From positions 1 through 49,448 of the forward strand of contig JAKOSX010000040.1 in NCBI GenBank assembly GCA_029776595.1: a stretch of 49,448 nt of DNA. The letters are read 5' to 3'. Every line of letters starts with the position of its first letter. Position 1 is the first letter of the stretch. The notes under the pieces are model-generated. The model had not been told where the DNA came from, did not search any database, and was given only the letters and a program-made list of their open reading frames with translations. The position numbers and the translations under genes were made by a program. Positions 46,316 to 49,448 of this stretch are shown here, in pieces. Origin of the DNA: Bacillota bacterium. GTDB taxonomy: Bacteria > Bacillota > UBA4882 > UBA8346.

Positions 46316-46560
46316 TAATTAAGTCACCTCCTTCCGAAAAAGTGGAAAAGTGTTTTGATTTCTTTCAGGTGAACTTTGGTAGCTTTTTAATAATACCACA
46401 TATTCTAGATATTTCCCTTATCTCCTGCTTTTCAAACAAAAAATAGTAGATTTTTTCAATAAATAATAAGGGTTTCAAGCATAATCCCAGCTAAAATAGT
46501 ATTTTTTTCGGAAAAAATATTACAAAAAAGTAAACCGCCCTGCTTAAGAACGGTTATCCA

Positions 46561-46590
46561 AAAAACAAAAATGGTCTTTTCAGACCATTT
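46561..46590 (-). terminator. Rho-independent terminator after spoIVA
   Basis: Stem AAATGGTCT/AGACCATTT with loop TTTC, followed by TTTGTTTTT on the minus strand. Confidence 0.7.
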
Positions 46591-46594
46591 CTGG

Positions 46595-48073
46595 TTATAA
46601 AATGATACAAATCAGGCCGCCGCTTCCTTCGTTCAGTATCTTGGTCAAAGTCTCCTGCAATTTCTCCTGGGCATTTTCCGGCATTTGCGTCAGTTTGGAC
46701 TGAATCCCCTCTTTCACCAAGTCATACATGGATTTGCCAAAGAAGTCCATTTCCCAGATTTTCGACGGGTCTTTCTCAAATTCGCTGGTTAAGAAGCGGA
46801 CAAATTCTTCGCTCTGTTTTTCGGTGCCGACCACCGGTGTGACTTCAGTCATAATATCCACTTTGATCATATGGATGGACGGAGCGCTGGCCCGCAGCTT
46901 CACACCAAACCGGTTTCCATGACGGATCAATTCCGGTTCGGCCATGGACAGTTCGTTCAAAAGCGGCTGAACAATGCCATAACCCGTCTCTTTCACCTGG
47001 TGTAACGCTTCGGCAACTTTATCGTACTCCCGTTTGGCAACGGACAATTCTTTCATAATGCGCATCAGGTGATGATCGCCTTTCACGGTAAAACCGGAAG
47101 TCTCCTCCAAGACTTCATAGAACAGTTGCCGGTCCGTGGTGACCTGGACGGAGACGGAACCCTCTCCCAAATTGACCTCTTGCAGTGAAACGCCGCTGAC
47201 TTCCTCCAATGAACTCAAAGCGTCGACCACCGCATCAATATCCCGAACTTTCTCCACACCGGCAACAGCCCCGTACACCGTCCCTTCGATCCGGTTGCGC
47301 AGCCAATGGTCGATGTCCAATTCTTCGATCCAGTCGGGATAATCCACCCGGATCTCCCGCAGCGGAAACATATACAGCAACTGTTGGATGATCCCCTCAA
47401 TCTGGACCGGTGTGAGCTGCAGACAATTGAGAGGCAGCACCGGGATCCCGTATTTGGCCTGCAATTCCGCTGCCAATCCCTGAGTCGCCGGGTCCTCCGG
47501 GTGGACGGAATTGACAATGACCACAAACGGTTTGCCCAAGGCTTTCAATTCGCCGATGACCCGTTCTTCCGCAGGTACATAGTTTTCCCGCGGTATATCG
47601 GTGATACTGCCGTCCGTCGTAATCACCAGGCCCACCGTGGAATGATCCGTAATCACCTTTTCCGTTCCCAATTCCGCCGCTTCCACAAAACTGATAGGCG
47701 TGTCAAACCAAGGCGTTAAAACCATTCTCGGCCCGTCTTCGTTTTGGAATCCAACGGCTCCCTCCACCGCATACCCCACACAATCCACCAAACGAACCCG
47801 GAACCTCACATTTTCACCGATGTTCACCTCCACTGCTTCACTGGGCACAAATTTCGGCTCCGTGGTCATAATGGTCCGGCCGTTGCCGCTCTGAGGCAGT
47901 TCATCCTGGGCGCGTTCCCGATCATACGTGTTACTGATGTTCGGAATCACGATTTGTTCCATAAACCGCTTGATAAATGTGGACTTCCCTGTACGTACCG
48001 GGCCGACGACTCCCACATAAATATCCCCCCCGGTACGTTCGGTGATATCTTGAAAGATATCAAACCTTTCCAT
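46595..48073 (-). CDS. spoIVA: Stage IV sporulation protein A (spore coat basement-layer ATPase)
   Basis: 492 aa. N-terminus FDIFQDITERTGGDIYVGVVGPVRTGKSTFIKRF (Walker A). The conserved SpoIVA body extends through the C-terminal GGLICIIL. Confidence 0.95.
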   Translation of the reverse strand: MERFDIFQDITERTGGDIYVGVVGPVRTGKSTFIKRFMEQIVIPNISNTYDRERAQDELPQSGNGRTIMTTEPKFVPSEAVEVNIGENVRFRVRLVDCVGYAVEGAVGFQNEDGPRMVLTPWFDTPISFVEAAELGTEKVITDHSTVGLVITTDGSITDIPRENYVPAEERVIGELKALGKPFVVIVNSVHPEDPATQGLAAELQAKYGIPVLPLNCLQLTPVQIEGIIQQLLYMFPLREIRVDYPDWIEELDIDHWLRNRIEGTVYGAVAGVEKVRDIDAVVDALSSLEEVSGVSLQEVNLGEGSVSVQVTTDRQLFYEVLEETSGFTVKGDHHLMRIMKELSVAKREYDKVAEALHQVKETGYGIVQPLLNELSMAEPELIRHGNRFGVKLRASAPSIHMIKVDIMTEVTPVVGTEKQSEEFVRFLTSEFEKDPSKIWEMDFFGKSMYDLVKEGIQSKLTQMPENAQEKLQETLTKILNEGSGGLICIIL

Positions 48074-48340
48074 CGCTGTCCCCCCTTCTCATCGATTTCA
48101 CCGTTATGGTTACGGGAATTGATTCATCCCCCCTTCGCTGACTGATGGAATACCATGAATCGCGCGTTATTTCAACAAATAACCGCAATTGGCAAACAAT
48201 AACACTATATATATATGGGTTGACCGATGCCATTATAACTGGTGTCAAAGGAAAAAGACGGATTCTTCTCAGACCGGGGTCGTGATCATCCTATTACCAA
48301 TTAACGCCAATTATGCTTTTTCATTGTGGTTATGGACGCT

Positions 48341-48452
48341 GGGTACTGGGTCCCCGGTGCTAGGTTCCCTATTTCAAAAATAAAAAATAAAGGAACGCAC
48401 CTTGCGTTCCTTACCTACACCCAGTACCTAATACTTAGAACCCAGAACCTAA
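48341..48452. repeat. Four copies of an ~12-nt motif ACCCAG(T/A)ACCTA flanking the gpsA terminator
   Basis: Two forward copies: ACCCAGTACCTAA (48419..48431) and ACCCAGAACCTAA (48440..48452), 21 nt apart. Two inverted, more degenerate copies: GGGTACTGGGT (48341..48351) and GCTAGGTTCCC (48359..48369). Confidence 0.5.
48371..48412 (-). terminator. Rho-independent terminator after gpsA
   Basis: Stem AAGGAACGC/GCGTTCCTT (48390..48412), followed by a long T-rich tract on the minus strand. Confidence 0.75.
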
Positions 48453-48456
48453 CACC

Positions 48457-49448
48457 TTATTCCCACGAATACGTCCCCGTGATGACTTCTTCCATTTCAT
48501 GGGTACGGACCCGCTCCATCAGTTTACGGACACCGTCCCGGGGTGGGACGTTTTCATACAGAACCTGATAGGTCACGGAAGTTATCGGCATTTCCACATT
48601 CAGCTTTTTCGACAGCATATAGGCTGCTTCCGCCGTAGCCACCCCTTCGATCACCATTTTGGTGGATTCCATGATCTCTTTGAGGGCACGGCCTTTTCCC
48701 AACTCCCGGCCGGCCCAGGAGTTACGGCTATGTTTGCTGAACGCCGTAACAAACAAATCCCCCATCCCCGACAATCCGGAGAACGTCGGGATCTGGGCCC
48801 CTAAAGCGGCACCCAATCGAGCCATCTCCACCATGCCTCGGGTTACCAAAGCAGCTTTCGTATTATCGCCCAGGCCCAACCCGTCAGCAATGCCGGCAGC
48901 CAAAGCGATGACATTTTTCAAGGCGCCACCCAGCTGCACCCCGGTCCGGTCCGGATTGGTATAGACCCGAAAATTGGGGGTGATCAAAAGGTCCTGAACT
49001 TCTTCGGCATACTTGAGAACCGGCGTGGCCACCACGATCGCCGAAGGATTGTTCACAGCCACCTCTTCCGCATGGGTCGGCCCGGACAGGGCTACAATCG
49101 CGTTGGGGTCCACCATCGGCAATTCTTCTTCCAGAACATCCGTCATCTTTTTTAAAGTCTTTATCTCCAACCCTTTGGAGGCGCTAATCACGATGGTATC
49201 CTGCGCGACAAACGGGGCCATCTCTTTGGCCACCGACCGCAGCCATTGGCTGGGAACCGTAGTGATTAAATATTTTTTCCCAGAAACAACCTCAGCCAGA
49301 GATGAACTGGCTGACAATGTATCCGGAAGGGTCACTCCCGGCAAAAAAGTATGGTTGGTATGATAACGGTTAATCTCTTCGCAAACCTCGGTTTCCCTGG
49401 CCCAAATCTGTACATTATACCCTTTTTCCGCACATAGCTTGGCAAGAG
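48457..49448 (-). CDS. gpsA: NAD(P)H-dependent glycerol-3-phosphate dehydrogenase (5' end leaves the window)
   Basis: The track ORF begins at an internal TTG. The frame stays open to the window edge: ...LAKLCAEKGYNVQIWARETEVCEEINRYHTNHTFLPGVTLP. Conserved GALKNVIALAAGI. The gpsA-spoIVA-hup order matches Bacillus. Confidence 0.9.
   Translation of the reverse strand, partial: LAKLCAEKGYNVQIWARETEVCEEINRYHTNHTFLPGVTLPDTLSASSSLAEVVSGKKYLITTVPSQWLRSVAKEMAPFVAQDTIVISASKGLEIKTLKKMTDVLEEELPMVDPNAIVALSGPTHAEEVAVNNPSAIVVATPVLKYAEEVQDLLITPNFRVYTNPDRTGVQLGGALKNVIALAAGIADGLGLGDNTKAALVTRGMVEMARLGAALGAQIPTFSGLSGMGDLFVTAFSKHSRNSWAGRELGKGRALKEIMESTKMVIEGVATAEAAYMLSKKLNVEMPITSVTYQVLYENVPPRDGVRKLMERVRTHEMEEVITGTYSWE

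Noticed and set aside
48232-48248. Perfect TTGACA and TATAAT hexamers on the minus strand upstream of spoIVA
   Set aside because: The spacer is only 5 nt (48238..48242), which is incompatible with a sigma-A promoter.
1-49448. CRISPR arrays, tRNA or rRNA genes, riboswitch-like leaders, IS elements
   Set aside because: No regularly spaced direct repeats, cloverleaf-capable segments or rRNA-like stretches were seen in any intergenic region. The intergenic regions longer than 100 nt are 8864-9125, 12573-12864, 16123-16255, 19675-19837, 20318-20461, 21554-21704, 23672-23935, 24397-24551, 25665-25771, 28804-29015, 34131-34261, 34964-35172, 39866-39991, 42374-42562, 45070-45172, 46316-46594 and 48074-48456. 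All are AT-rich promoter/terminator spacers without obvious conserved RNA structure. A covariance-model scan would be needed to exclude small RNAs.

Overview
This is a 49.4-kb, almost fully coding chromosomal window. It comes from an endospore-forming Firmicute (Bacillota, Clostridia-like), because spoIVA, yunB and a pdaB-like gene are present. I call about 42 protein genes, 37 of them on the minus strand, and I saw no rRNA, tRNA, CRISPR array, IS element or prophage.

Gene content in window order:
- Cell-division ylm cluster: ylmH (partial), proC, sepF, ylmE/yggS, ylmD/pgeF. A PIN-PhoH ATPase and an orphan HlyD-like adaptor are inserted into it.
- nrdR-nrdD-nrdG operon, with a promoter and an NrdR-box-like site.
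- ygiQ radical SAM gene, a LiaF-like membrane protein, and a signal-peptide protein that looks like an outer-membrane beta-barrel.
- xerC, then nptA-phoU, then trmFO-topA-smg-dprA.
- RNase J.
- An accessory-looking block: small Cys protein, ComFB-like protein, ParM/Alp actin-like ATPase, DUF2721 protein, manA, M50 protease, esterase.
- A soluble PBP-fused hybrid kinase (HK-REC-HPt) with a REC-HD-GYP partner.
- A CBM-like secreted protein, yunB, a class A PBP, mutS2, lon, an ABC-F ATPase, lepB, pdaB-like, hup, spoIVA and gpsA (partial).

Nothing matches a known defence or mobile system. The most unusual items are:
- the orphan chromosomal actin-like ATPase next to ComFB;
- the sugar-sensor-like hybrid kinase feeding an HD-GYP c-di-GMP phosphodiesterase;
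- the OMP-like beta-barrel in a spore-former;
- several unexplained short repeat sets in intergenic regions.

All functional calls come from motif recognition in the translations and from synteny. No database search was run.
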